Source of the DNA: a virus
Length of the DNA stretch: 57,812 bases
IMG/VR virus record: IMGVR_UViG_3300028964_000004
Reading direction: 5' to 3' (one strand)
This document shows positions 16,645-26,136 of this stretch, in pieces. Both the position numbers and the translations under genes were made by a program. Position 1 is the first letter of the stretch. The number at the start of each line of letters is the position of its first letter. The notes beneath the pieces were generated by a model, which was given only the letters and a program-made list of their open reading frames with translations, had not been told where the DNA came from and did no database searches.

Positions 16645-18657
16645 TTACTGATTATTCCTAATTGTTCTTGCAACTACCGAAGCCAAAGCACTCAGGCAAT
16701 TAATCCCTTCATAGCTCTCTTTACCATTATAATCCATCACTGAATCCATAAAAGAAAGATATTCAGGATAATCATCATAATCACTTCTAAATTTAAATCT
16801 CTCTTTTATAAATTCTTCATTTGCAGATATTCTTTGGTCCATATTCGCATATAAGCTGGTAGCCCGCACATTATCCATCCATTCCCGCACATCTCTTGCA
16901 AATTGGAAATATGATTTATGACTTTCAAAAACAGTACTGACAGGTGCCCATTCTTTGAGTTTCTCTTCCATTAATCCGGCATCAAATCCATCTCTAAATA
17001 AAACTCCGTCGATAAAGACCTCAGTTCCATAGACTGCATGTATCATTATAAACTTACCATTGCAATCTGGCATGATATAGACTATAGAATCTCCTTCTAT
17101 TGCTATTCCTACATTATAATATTTCATATTTTCTTTCTTATGTGTATTTCTCTTCCTAGCCATTGAATATGATAAAAACTGTTCCCGGAATATATCTGTA
17201 CACACATAACGGAAACAGTCTGTTAAATGCCCAAACTCCTCGTAACTCTGTTTTGTTATCTTGTCCTTAATCCGAGCTTTTAATATTCCTCCATTAGTGT
17301 CTTTCTTTACATTCTCGTAATCTTGTATAGACTTCTTACATGATTCATCAATAGACACAGATATTCCATGGAAACCCTCTAATAAAGCATTCACAAACTC
17401 TCCCGACATAGCAACAGGAGGGTTCTTTTTAGGAACCATATCAACCACCCGAAAAGTTTCTTCCAACACATCTATAAATTTATCCAGAAAAGATCTCTTT
17501 TCATCATCAATAGTATTTCCGCTTCTGGTACTCGCATCTCCATGCAAATATACCACATCGTTATATCCGATTCCTTCCAGCCATGTACGTGTCAACTCGG
17601 CTGCTTTAGTTACCGTATTAAACGGATCCTCAGCACAGATTTCATAAACTTGCCTTAACTCCAATTCTTCATTTTGCCATATTGATACACTGATATATGG
17701 GAGAACATTATTATCAACAGAAATATGCAAAGGAATTCCTTCTGTTACAGGACATATCTTCTTATGCTTACCAGAATCAAATGCATGCAAAAACTCTCCA
17801 CCTGTCTTTATTTTACCCCATTCCCCAAGCGCATATATACGATAGTAATTATAATCTCTTGTCCTATCCTTATCAAAATCAGCAACCGCCTGCCGGTCAT
17901 AAAATCCATATTGCCCGTCTGGACTGCCAACTACCCAAAAATTATTGAGGTAAGTTGATTGCATTATAACTGTATCCGGAGCATGAACTTCCTCAATTCC
18001 CGTTCTAGGATTTCTCAAAAGCCTTTCTGTATTTTTCCATTTTCTAGCAATCATTGAGAATTCTTTAGGAAGAATCTTCTTTGTTTCATTGTCTCTCAAT
18101 ATACCATACAAGTCATTTGATATTTCTACCAACTTCTCCCTGTCAAACACATTCTTTTTAATCCAACACTCCTCCTCTATTGGATTAAACATTGAAATAA
18201 TCTTCTGCCCTTTCCTTCCTCTAAGACGTTTCTTGATCTGTTTGAAATCCTCCTCTTTAAACTCTGACAACTCTTCACAAACAACATACTTATAGCTTTC
18301 CAGACCTTTAATCTTCTCAGAGTCATCCAATCCTTTAAATGTAATATAAGAACCATTAAAACAAACTACTTTATTCTCTTTAAAAGCGAATAATCTATGT
18401 AGCCCCAATACCCTGACTGCCTCCTGGAAGGTTTTATAAATACTATCAGCAATAGAAGAACCTACTTTTCTAAATACAAGCGTATTATTACCCCCTGAAA
18501 GACATTCTATCAACATAGCCTGAGCTACAGAAAAAGACTTTGCCGATGAAGAACCTCCATAGAGGAAGATAAACCTTATATCATCATCTTTCATAGCTTC
18601 CCTAAGATGATGAAAATTTGGATTAAACTTTCTATAACTAATAGATACCTTTTCCAT
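16645..18657 (-). CDS. terL: Terminase large subunit (PBSX/Terminase_3-like) with a C-terminal extension of about 170 aa
   Basis: Walker A FLYGGSSSAKS, Walker B YVVCEE, and SMFNP. Nuclease-type acidic motifs ISVDNN, LHGDAS and GHLTDCF are present. 670 aa in total. Confidence 0.85.
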   Translation of the reverse strand: MEKVSISYRKFNPNFHHLREAMKDDDIRFIFLYGGSSSAKSFSVAQAMLIECLSGGNNTLVFRKVGSSIADSIYKTFQEAVRVLGLHRLFAFKENKVVCFNGSYITFKGLDDSEKIKGLESYKYVVCEELSEFKEEDFKQIKKRLRGRKGQKIISMFNPIEEECWIKKNVFDREKLVEISNDLYGILRDNETKKILPKEFSMIARKWKNTERLLRNPRTGIEEVHAPDTVIMQSTYLNNFWVVGSPDGQYGFYDRQAVADFDKDRTRDYNYYRIYALGEWGKIKTGGEFLHAFDSGKHKKICPVTEGIPLHISVDNNVLPYISVSIWQNEELELRQVYEICAEDPFNTVTKAAELTRTWLEGIGYNDVVYLHGDASTRSGNTIDDEKRSFLDKFIDVLEETFRVVDMVPKKNPPVAMSGEFVNALLEGFHGISVSIDESCKKSIQDYENVKKDTNGGILKARIKDKITKQSYEEFGHLTDCFRYVCTDIFREQFLSYSMARKRNTHKKENMKYYNVGIAIEGDSIVYIMPDCNGKFIMIHAVYGTEVFIDGVLFRDGFDAGLMEEKLKEWAPVSTVFESHKSYFQFARDVREWMDNVRATSLYANMDQRISANEEFIKERFKFRSDYDDYPEYLSFMDSVMDYNGKESYEGINCLSALASVVARTIRNNQ

Positions 18658-19142
18658 TAATCCCCCGTCCCCGTATCAATGTCAAGCAACATTTGTTTTA
18701 TATTAACTTCTGTCGGTTCATCATATCCCAGCATCTTGCAAATACGAGATATGCTCCAACTCTTACCATTCAACTTTAATTCAATCCCCTCCTTGGTAAC
18801 TTTAACACTTTCTACTGCACGCGCCATTTCTTCAGTCCATTCGGATGAATCTTTAAATATCACCATACCATTTCTTATACTCAGGAAATCACGGATATCA
18901 GCAAATGCAATACACCGCAATTCCTCAAGTACGCGATCCTTAGTAATATTTGACTTCTTTCTTAATTCACTTTGGAGCTCCTGTATTCTGGGAGACAGCT
19001 TTGAAACCAACTTAGATGCTGCCTCCCATACAGTTTTATCACTGGAGCCTTTGCACGAATATACCTTTCTATATGCTTCAGAAGCATTACTGGTCTCAAT
19101 ATAAAGATTACAGAATTTTTCTTGTTTAGGTCTTAGCTTCAT
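18657..19142 (-). CDS. terS: Terminase small subunit (Terminase_2-like)
   Basis: MKLRPKQEKFCNLYIETSNASEAYRKVY is the typical N-terminal signature. It lies directly upstream of terL. Confidence 0.8.
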   Translation of the reverse strand: MKLRPKQEKFCNLYIETSNASEAYRKVYSCKGSSDKTVWEAASKLVSKLSPRIQELQSELRKKSNITKDRVLEELRCIAFADIRDFLSIRNGMVIFKDSSEWTEEMARAVESVKVTKEGIELKLNGKSWSISRICKMLGYDEPTEVNIKQMLLDIDTGTGD

Positions 19143-19185
19143 GTCTTTTCGTTAGTCTGAGTTATGTATAACATAATACACATTA

Positions 19186-19193
19186 CAAATATA
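19186..19193 (-). promoter_or_regulatory. -7 promoter box TATATTTG upstream of terS
   Basis: Plus strand reads caaatata, 44 nt upstream of the terS ATG. Confidence 0.45.
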
Positions 19194-19329
19194 ATTATTT
19201 TTCTCCTAATATAAAAACTTGATTAATAGATAATCTGTAGTTTGTGGTACCATTTATCCGCATGTGGGAACCATCCTATCATAAACGATATCTGGCATAT
19301 AGTTATTTTATATATCTTTCCTTTCATCG

Positions 19330-19524
19330 TTATTCCTCCTTTTCTAATTGCTTCACAATCTTGAAATAATCCTCCTCACTCAAAACCTTTTCAGCTGCAT
19401 CAAGAACAGTATTATATCCGTTACAATAACCCAGGTCTGCAACTTCACTTATTATGAGTTTATTAAAATGTTGCAATTTCAATAGCCTTTTCATGCAAAG
19501 GGATTTATTATGATCTCTATTCAT
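19330..19524 (-). CDS. Hypothetical protein, 64 aa
   Basis: ORF track. Confidence 0.5.
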   Translation of the reverse strand: MNRDHNKSLCMKRLLKLQHFNKLIISEVADLGYCNGYNTVLDAAEKVLSEEDYFKIVKQLEKEE

Positions 19525-19535
19525 TTTTCTTCCTT

Positions 19536-19931
19536 TTATTTAAAATGATTAATAAGTTCTTCTACTGTAGCCTTATGAATGGTGCCTAAGTTTATATCAA
19601 TGTTATTATATACCCAATAAGTAGAAAACTTTATATCTGGGCATTGAATCCATTTATTTCCATCCGTAAACCATTGGAACTTATCTGTATCATCTCTCAA
19701 TGAAGCTATAGAAATAAAAAGCTCTTCGTTGGTTCCGCAATCAATAATATCTATTTTTTTAGAGGAAACATTTATATCATCACTCATTGAATAAACACTT
19801 CTAACTCCAAATATAGAAGTGTATAGATTATTCCAACCTAAATATGGATTGCAATGATAACCAAGCTCTTTTAATTTATTCCTAAGCTCCGAATTATTCT
19901 TTCGTATAAAACAGGGTGTTGTAAATCCCAT
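19536..19931 (-). CDS. Hypothetical protein, 131 aa
   Basis: ORF track, operon packing. Confidence 0.65.
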   Translation of the reverse strand: MGFTTPCFIRKNNSELRNKLKELGYHCNPYLGWNNLYTSIFGVRSVYSMSDDINVSSKKIDIIDCGTNEELFISIASLRDDTDKFQWFTDGNKWIQCPDIKFSTYWVYNNIDINLGTIHKATVEELINHFK

Positions 19932-19933
19932 AG

Positions 19934-20137
19934 TTAGTCCTCCTTTTCTTTTGCATTATCATCATAGGTAAAATCGACAGACTCTAATTGGGCTTCTGAA
20001 ATGAAAACCTTATTTTTATCCTGCCATTTCATTATCCTTTGGTGAACTTTTTGATTTTCACTATCCGTTATAAAACCGTGATAGTGTAAAAAACAACGGC
20101 ACATATTAGCTATTGCTAACTTTCTTCTGTTTTCCAT
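19934..20137 (-). CDS. Hypothetical protein, 67 aa
   Basis: ORF track. Confidence 0.55.
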   Translation of the reverse strand: MENRRKLAIANMCRCFLHYHGFITDSENQKVHQRIMKWQDKNKVFISEAQLESVDFTYDDNAKEKED

Positions 20138-20139
20138 AG

Positions 20140-20538
20140 TTATTCCCCTTTCAATTCCTTAATTAATCCAGGGTTATCAAACTTATTCCCCAACACGCTA
20201 ACACATTGTACGTCACATGGATAGTATACTTGTCCTTCTTTATCTCTGAAACAAAAACTTCCATTTTCAAAAATCACTTCTGCCACAACATGTTGATCAA
20301 TATCTACAAAACCTACAATATCATGTTCATAGATCCGTTCTGGGTCGCCATCTCCTGAAGTTGTTATACCGGTGAACTGGCCTACTGTTTCCGGGATAAC
20401 TCCTATCCATTTTTCAGGTTCTATCTCAAAGAAAACAGCATATGTTTTCCTTTTGATGGTTCCATGGGAGATAGTCATGCTATTTACCCATTCACCACCA
20501 TTAACTCTTTTTCCTCTAAATATTATTTCTCTGTTCAT
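20140..20538 (-). CDS. YopX-family phage protein
   Basis: The pattern MNREIIFRGKRVNGGEWV...VGQFTGITT...IYEHDIV...FENGSFCF is typical of YopX. Confidence 0.6.
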   Translation of the reverse strand: MNREIIFRGKRVNGGEWVNSMTISHGTIKRKTYAVFFEIEPEKWIGVIPETVGQFTGITTSGDGDPERIYEHDIVGFVDIDQHVVAEVIFENGSFCFRDKEGQVYYPCDVQCVSVLGNKFDNPGLIKELKGE

Positions 20539-20540
20539 GA

Positions 20541-21116
20541 TTAATATCTTTTCCCGTTCAACATAGGTCTTAATTCATTATATCTTTGTTTCTGTTCAAT
20601 ATGCCAGAGCAAATCAATATCAAGATGCTTAGCAAGCCCGAAAATCTTAATTAGAGAGTAGGATATATCTCCATCAATAAGATTTTTAGTAATATTGAAA
20701 ATGGATTCTGTGAATGTTTTGCCAATGAATATACGCGAATATTCTTCAAGCACTTCATCATCCAGACAATCGTTTTCTAACTCAATGTTACGTAGCCCGC
20801 ATAGATCTAACAGTCGTATAGCAGCATCGGCAAGTTCATCGTGAAGTGAATCTTTTACATTATTTTCAAACGAGCACTTAAATCGTTTTTCTTCCTCTAC
20901 TAATGCAGGATAACGATTGTATTCCATTTCAAAACGACGTTTACAATTTTTTCCTAATCTACCTTTTCGGTCCGCTTCCACAGCTTCCATAAGCTCAGAA
21001 ATGACAAGGCAAAGGCAGTGTTCTTTACTCAGCTCCTTATCATGGAAACCGTGCTCGCAAGCGGTCTTATAAGCACGGTCGCGCCATTTATTCAAATTGA
21101 TATTTTCCATAATCAC
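20541..21116 (-). CDS. MazG-like nucleotide pyrophosphohydrolase
   Basis: VISELMEAVEA... and DELADAAIRLLDLCG are EExxE/D-type helical motifs. Confidence 0.55.
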   Translation of the reverse strand: MIMENINLNKWRDRAYKTACEHGFHDKELSKEHCLCLVISELMEAVEADRKGRLGKNCKRRFEMEYNRYPALVEEEKRFKCSFENNVKDSLHDELADAAIRLLDLCGLRNIELENDCLDDEVLEEYSRIFIGKTFTESIFNITKNLIDGDISYSLIKIFGLAKHLDIDLLWHIEQKQRYNELRPMLNGKRY

Positions 21117-21475
21117 ATAAGTTTTAATGCTTCCTGTATTCCTGCTTCAAGTGCTTCTTCGTAGGTGTTGTAACGAACAGAGTCTCTATCCTCCAATCCT
21201 ATCAGATCATGGGTAGGTATTCTCAGAATACCGTAAAGCCAATAGCCTCCATACATATAGCCTATTTCAATATGGAGGCATTTAGTGTCACGCAACCACT
21301 TTTGGGCAGCGGATTGAGTAGGATGGGAACATACTTTTATTGGTAACTCGCTATTTGTTCTACTAGTACCATATTGTCTACCATCTTCAATATTAACAGC
21401 TATCGAACATGGCTCGTCAAATCCTTTCTCTTTCAGCATCTTTGCTGTTTCTAATGTTACAAGTTCTTCGGTCAT
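21113..21475 (-). CDS. Hypothetical protein, 120 aa
   Basis: ORF track, ATGA overlap. Confidence 0.65.
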   Translation of the reverse strand: MTEELVTLETAKMLKEKGFDEPCSIAVNIEDGRQYGTSRTNSELPIKVCSHPTQSAAQKWLRDTKCLHIEIGYMYGGYWLYGILRIPTHDLIGLEDRDSVRYNTYEEALEAGIQEALKLM

Positions 21476-21477
21476 GG

Positions 21478-21798
21478 TTATTCTCCTTTCTTTAATTCTT
21501 TAATAAGAGCATCAGCGTTTCTTACTGCCATCCTTGCCAGTTCCCAAGGTGTTGGATTAGGATCTATTCCCTCAACAATAGGAGCGCATAAAATCCCTTG
21601 CATAGCGGATTTCGCTATTTCATAACGCCTCTGTTCCCAATCAATAGCTGAATTTCCAATATTTAAAAAGTCAAGTTCACACTCTCTGAATACCATATTA
21701 TCACATACATATAGGTTATCTCCACTATGTAACGCATTGGTATTTATTTTCGGAATTACATCTATTAGAACCCCTGTTGATTTTACTCTTGCTTTCAT
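21478..21798 (-). CDS. Hypothetical protein, 106 aa
   Basis: ORF track. Confidence 0.65.
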   Translation of the reverse strand: MKARVKSTGVLIDVIPKINTNALHSGDNLYVCDNMVFRECELDFLNIGNSAIDWEQRRYEIAKSAMQGILCAPIVEGIDPNPTPWELARMAVRNADALIKELKKGE

Positions 21799-21800
21799 AT

Positions 21801-22183
21801 TTAATCTCCTTTCTCTTTAATCCGTTCTAATACATCCCTATTAGCTTCCAGTATTTCATCGAAAGAAGGGATAGGCATCCAAAAATCACAATAATAATAA
21901 CCGTAATCTTCAAATTCAAAATCAGGCCTTGTAGCCACTTTGGGAAGACAACCCGGAATTGGATCAAGGAATCCACTTACTATCGCTCCGTTTGATACCA
22001 TTCTACAAAGAACAAGTTCACCAACTTCCGGTAATCGCTCCTCTATACTTATACACGGTGATTGTTTTCCTGCCAGTCTGCTCCGGCTTCAAACGCATTT
22101 TCCACCATCATCCTATTTATATCTACACCCGGATAATTCTTTTCATAATATTCTTTCTCGGCTTCTTCTACTGTCTGTTTCAT
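21801..22183 (-). pseudogene. DUF551-like gene apparently split by a frameshift (44-aa N-terminal ORF 22049..22183 plus C-terminal ORF 21801..22001, whose frame is open up to 22088)
   Basis: Hand translation gives MKQTVEEAEKEYYEKNYPGVDINRMMVENAFEAGADWQENNHRV, then stop. The other frame reads ...IEERLPEVGELVLCRMVSNGAIVSGF... The two frames overlap in 22049..22088, next to a T4 run. Confidence 0.35.
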
Positions 22184-22223
22184 AATTAGACCCTTTCTTT
22201 TTTAAAATCGGAAAGCATTGGGA

Positions 22224-22403
22224 TCAAGCCCAATATTTTCCAAAACGATTGCATTTTATTATTTCATCTAATTTCAATTGTTTCCGACGGAACTTATTTA
22301 TAGCCCGTTTCTCAAACTTTCTTTTTTTAGAACTGCAATGCTTCTTATCCATTCGACATTGGCGGCAATGGCATATCCCAATGCCTGTATGTGGTTCCTT
22401 CAT
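22224..22403 (-). CDS. Possible small basic Cys-rich protein, 59 aa (MKEPHTGIGICHCRQCRMDKKHC...)
   Basis: Hand translation. It is just below the ORF-track cutoff. Confidence 0.35.
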   Translation of the reverse strand: MKEPHTGIGICHCRQCRMDKKHCSSKKRKFEKRAINKFRRKQLKLDEIIKCNRFGKYWA

Positions 22404-22452
22404 GTCTGGTAAATCTTACATTAATTTAATTCATATCCTAATCTGTTTTAAA

Positions 22453-22761
22453 TCACACAAAAACATGAATTACTTTACCAAAAGTATCTTTCATGATTTT
22501 ACAGGGACACGTACCTTGACGGTAATGTAAGCATGTTGTATTACATTCTTCGGTGCATACATGACCAATGACCGTAAACGGGACATCATTATCTATCAGT
22601 CCTCCTAATTCATCATTATCATTCATAACGAATATTTCACCACGAATTTCAATTGCTAAATATTTCTTCATACCTTCAAGTTTAGAGGATGATTTCACAA
22701 TCGGATTCAATAAGAAAAAAGCTCTCTCTCGTGTCTTTATAAACTCTACGTTTCGCACCAA
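22453..22761 (-). CDS. Hypothetical protein, 102 aa (TTG start in the track; may be the 3' part of a frameshifted gene)
   Basis: ORF track. It overlaps 22682..22870 by 80 nt around an A6/T6 run. Confidence 0.45.
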   Translation of the reverse strand: MVRNVEFIKTRERAFFLLNPIVKSSSKLEGMKKYLAIEIRGEIFVMNDNDELGGLIDNDVPFTVIGHVCTEECNTTCLHYRQGTCPCKIMKDTFGKVIHVFV

Positions 22762-22870
22762 GAGCTTTCAATTTCTTATGCGAGATTATCACTCTGACAT
22801 CTTCAACTGAATCTATACCGTCAATGCAGGTATGAATCTTAAGATTCTTTTGGGTTACCATCCAGGCCAT
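22682..22870 (-). CDS. Hypothetical protein, 62 aa
   Basis: ORF track. Confidence 0.4.
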   Translation of the reverse strand: MAWMVTQKNLKIHTCIDGIDSVEDVRVIISHKKLKALGAKRRVYKDTRESFFLIESDCEIIL

Positions 22871-22904
22871 ATTTATCCTTTATTTCTTTATTGATTTGAA
22901 TTAC

Positions 22905-23858
22905 TTATCTGAATATTCCTTTTAAGCCTCCATTAACAGCACCTCTTTTGGCTTCATCCGATGGATGTACATATACATCAAGGGTTGTACTTATATCCGA
23001 ATGTCCAAGAATTGTAGAGACTGTTTTAACATCAACTTTATTTTCGATCAGGGTACTTGCGAAAGTGTGGCGCAACCCATGAAATTTAATGCAATGATCC
23101 AACTTCACTTTTTCAAGGATGAATATTCGATAATATGTACGTAAAGTTCGAGGCTCAACAAACCCCTCAGAGCAGGAACAGACATAATACTCGGGCTTGC
23201 ATACGGCTGAGAACTTCTTCACAATAGGGAAAATGTCCTTAAGAATAGGTATGTATCTATCTGATGAATTAGTTTTAGGAGATCCTATCTCTACCACTGT
23301 CTTTTTCTTGTCGGTACCGATATTTTCAGGGAGATATATGCGTTCTATCGTTTTATTAACGTGAATTACCTTGCCAACAAGATCTACATCCTGCCATTGT
23401 AATGCACAAACTTCTCCTATCCGCATACCGGTGCATATAGTCAATAAAATGCCTAAATTGCGAGGGGATGGATTATCCATAACATAACTCACTATTTTAC
23501 GGTATTCTTCAGGCGTGTAGCGCTCTAATTTGGGCGTGACAACTTTATTCTTGGTTGGCCAAATAACCTTCCAGGTGGTGTCGGGAACATCGATATCCAA
23601 TTCGTCACCGGCGAAGCGAATAAGCATCTTTATGACGATTAGAATATCCGAACAGTATTTCTTTGATTTGGTCCCAGAATCAAGAAGCTCATAGAGAAAT
23701 GCTGTAACAACCTTTTTTCCCATGTTCTCTACGTCTGTATTACCAAACCGGGGAGCAAGTATATTCAAATATATAAGCTGATAACAGCTTAGCGTTGAGC
23801 CCTTAACTTGCCTTCTTTTAACAGGAAGCCACTCATTATATACGTCATTTAATTTCAT
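22905..23858 (-). CDS. Tyrosine recombinase (second integrase-family gene, 317 aa)
   Basis: Catalytic boxes GMRIGEVCALQWQDVDL, HGLRHTFAS and LGHSDISTTLDVYVH. Confidence 0.85.
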   Translation of the reverse strand: MKLNDVYNEWLPVKRRQVKGSTLSCYQLIYLNILAPRFGNTDVENMGKKVVTAFLYELLDSGTKSKKYCSDILIVIKMLIRFAGDELDIDVPDTTWKVIWPTKNKVVTPKLERYTPEEYRKIVSYVMDNPSPRNLGILLTICTGMRIGEVCALQWQDVDLVGKVIHVNKTIERIYLPENIGTDKKKTVVEIGSPKTNSSDRYIPILKDIFPIVKKFSAVCKPEYYVCSCSEGFVEPRTLRTYYRIFILEKVKLDHCIKFHGLRHTFASTLIENKVDVKTVSTILGHSDISTTLDVYVHPSDEAKRGAVNGGLKGIFR

Positions 23859-24430
23859 ACTTCTACTATTTTAGCGTTGATATCAACTTTAATCACCTCA
23901 GAGAAAGCAAGCGCATCATTCTTTCGATTGAGAAGAATATATTTTTGTTTTACCTCCTTTGTTAAAACATCACCATGGTAAACATAACCCATGATACCAC
24001 GAATTGACAAATTAAGTAACAGAATAGGTATAGAACGATAAGAAAGTTCCCAACAGGTTACCATGTTCTGTGAGGGGAAATGCTCCCATGGCATCTTTTG
24101 CTTACAGCGCTGCCACCAGTCAGCGATTATCATAGAACCATTTCCAGCTGTAGGTTCATGTATCAAACCGGCCTGACTGGTTAATTTAGAACAGAGAACT
24201 CCAAGGGAGTTTGGAGTAAAATCCTGTTTTTTCTGCTTACGTTCAGACAATTCGTTCTCATAGATCTCTTGAAACCAGTCATAAGACATATCCATATTAT
24301 TATTACGAATAAGCTCCTTGTACACTTCGTTTCTCACCTCAATATCTCCTTGAAGTAAACTCATTACAGCATTGGGAAGATCTCTTAGGTCTTCGATGCC
24401 AAACAGGCTAAATAACATCTCTTTTCTCAT
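23855..24430 (-). CDS. N6-adenine DNA methyltransferase-like protein carrying only the N-terminal motifs (no NPPY/F)
   Basis: QDFTPNSLGVLCSKL (motif X-like), IHEPTAGNGSMII (motif I) and CWELSYRSIPILLLNLSIRGIMGYVYHGDVL (HsdM-like helix). The protein ends before any catalytic NPP(Y/F) motif. There is an ATGA overlap with the recombinase gene. Confidence 0.5.
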   Translation of the reverse strand: MRKEMLFSLFGIEDLRDLPNAVMSLLQGDIEVRNEVYKELIRNNNMDMSYDWFQEIYENELSERKQKKQDFTPNSLGVLCSKLTSQAGLIHEPTAGNGSMIIADWWQRCKQKMPWEHFPSQNMVTCWELSYRSIPILLLNLSIRGIMGYVYHGDVLTKEVKQKYILLNRKNDALAFSEVIKVDINAKIVEV

Positions 24431-25085
24431 ATGATTTGTAATTAGGATTAGACCTGATAAAATCCCGGGTTACTTTTTCGGCTCTATGGACATCCATTGA
24501 AATTCCTTTAGCGACTCCGTACATATATTGAAAGGGGGAAAAGACCAGAACACCCGATACTATATTAGAAACCGTTCTTTCAATAGCGGCAGAAGCCAGT
24601 TCGATAGCTTCGTTCTCGTTCCTCATTACTCCGTTTTTCATTATACGTCCTATTAGTTTATCCCGGTAACCGTACAGAGATTTGACCACCGTAGTATAAT
24701 CTCCGGATTCCATGGCAGATATAATATTGTCTATGAAATTACGAGCGTTTGTATAAGATTCCAATGGATTTTGATTAGTCTTTTCATGATAAACAGACTT
24801 TATCTTGCCTGACATATACGAACTTCTGTCGTAAGCAACAGGATGTCCGTTTTCTAAAACGACTATTATGTTTCTGGGGACACGCCGCGGATCAACCCCT
24901 TTGCTTACACAAAACAGCAATCTCGGTATATTAATGGAGATATTTCCATTTTTACCGATTAATTGTACCATACCCTTTCTTAATACCAGATTCTTGTTGG
25001 TTGATAAATTCCTGACCGATAACGTAGCCATGTTTAGTTGGTAATTAGAGTAACCGGGAACGGATTTCCATTCTATTTCATTCAT
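24408..25085 (-). CDS. NUMOD4-motif-containing protein, 225 aa
   Basis: N-terminus MNEIEWKSVPGYSNYQLN... Confidence 0.5.
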   Translation of the reverse strand: MNEIEWKSVPGYSNYQLNMATLSVRNLSTNKNLVLRKGMVQLIGKNGNISINIPRLLFCVSKGVDPRRVPRNIIVVLENGHPVAYDRSSYMSGKIKSVYHEKTNQNPLESYTNARNFIDNIISAMESGDYTTVVKSLYGYRDKLIGRIMKNGVMRNENEAIELASAAIERTVSNIVSGVLVFSPFQYMYGVAKGISMDVHRAEKVTRDFIRSNPNYKSYEKRDVI

Positions 25086-25104
25086 ATCTATTTGGTTTTG
25101 AGGG

Positions 25105-25287
25105 TTATTTACTTTCTTCTTTGGCTGTTTCTAAAGGGCAATCTTTCGATATGGAAGATTCTACTTCATTGGCAAGATAGGCAACTTTATTGCGACCCAA
25201 ACAGACATCTTTCAATTTTCTATCAATGACTATTCTTTTGAAGTACGGACAATGTACGCAATCTTCTATTATCAATATTTTCTTCAT
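25105..25287 (-). CDS. Hypothetical Cys-containing protein, 60 aa
   Basis: ORF track. Confidence 0.5.
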   Translation of the reverse strand: MKKILIIEDCVHCPYFKRIVIDRKLKDVCLGRNKVAYLANEVESSISKDCPLETAKEESK

Positions 25288-25306
25288 ATCTATTTCGTTT
25301 TGAGGG

Positions 25307-25591
25307 TTATCGTTGATTCAATATTAATTCCAATTCATCGGGGAGTACATAATCGTAGCCTTTAGGATTTTGTTTATGTGTCACATAAACGTCCCCACGC
25401 TGCAAATAGTGAATCCCTCGCCAATTATTTCTTTCTTCTATTACAGCAATGATATATCCTTCTAAATAATCGTCATTGACTTTGTAAGTAAACCCACATA
25501 CAACACCCTTATATTTTGTAGTTTCAATCTCCATTCCTCCATACTTTTGATACAGAGACTCCATTTTATCATAACTGCTATTATTGCTCAT
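25307..25591 (-). CDS. Hypothetical protein, 94 aa
   Basis: ORF track. Confidence 0.6.
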   Translation of the reverse strand: MSNNSSYDKMESLYQKYGGMEIETTKYKGVVCGFTYKVNDDYLEGYIIAVIEERNNWRGIHYLQRGDVYVTHKQNPKGYDYVLPDELELILNQR

Positions 25592-25603
25592 ATCTGTATA
25601 GTT

Positions 25604-25966
25604 TTACGCTAATCTTCGTCTTATTAAATCAATGCAATCATTCAGTGCTTTATTGAAAGTTTCAGGAGATATTAGTTGTTTTTCAAGTTCTTCGGCATAG
25701 GCTTGCCCCCAGTCTTGCAAATTGATACTTGCATCATTATTGTATTCATCTCCTCTATTATCGTAATATACATGAATACTATCAAATACCACTTCGTCGC
25801 CAAATTCGTCTGTATCAATACGATCTATGCCGATAATCTTTTCATACGAAGTGTGCGCTCTACGCACATACTTACCAACAAAATGCTGATACAATGCTTT
25901 CTTTTTATCAGCTTCTTCTTTTTTTATACGCTGTATTTCAGCTTCTAATTCCTGTATTCTGCTCAT
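25604..25966 (-). CDS. Hypothetical protein, 120 aa, with N-terminal coiled coil
   Basis: ORF track. Confidence 0.6.
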   Translation of the reverse strand: MSRIQELEAEIQRIKKEEADKKKALYQHFVGKYVRRAHTSYEKIIGIDRIDTDEFGDEVVFDSIHVYYDNRGDEYNNDASINLQDWGQAYAEELEKQLISPETFNKALNDCIDLIRRRLA

Positions 25967-25986
25967 TTCTTTATTGTTTTAAACGT

Positions 25987-26136
25987 TTATAATTTACTAT
26001 AAATCAATATCAACCACCCAATAATATTTAATAAGAAGGACATCAGGGTTGAATCGTCCCTGTCTCGAAAGTTAGCCACAATCGAAGCAATAAAGACAAA
26101 CATTGCAGCCAAACGAAGAAGTATTCTTGGGTCCAT
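25987..26136 (-). CDS. Possible small two-TM membrane protein, 49 aa
   Basis: Hand translation gives MDPRILLRLAAMFVFIASIVANFRDRDDSTLMSFLLNIIGWLILIYSKL. Confidence 0.3.
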   Translation of the reverse strand: MDPRILLRLAAMFVFIASIVANFRDRDDSTLMSFLLNIIGWLILIYSKL

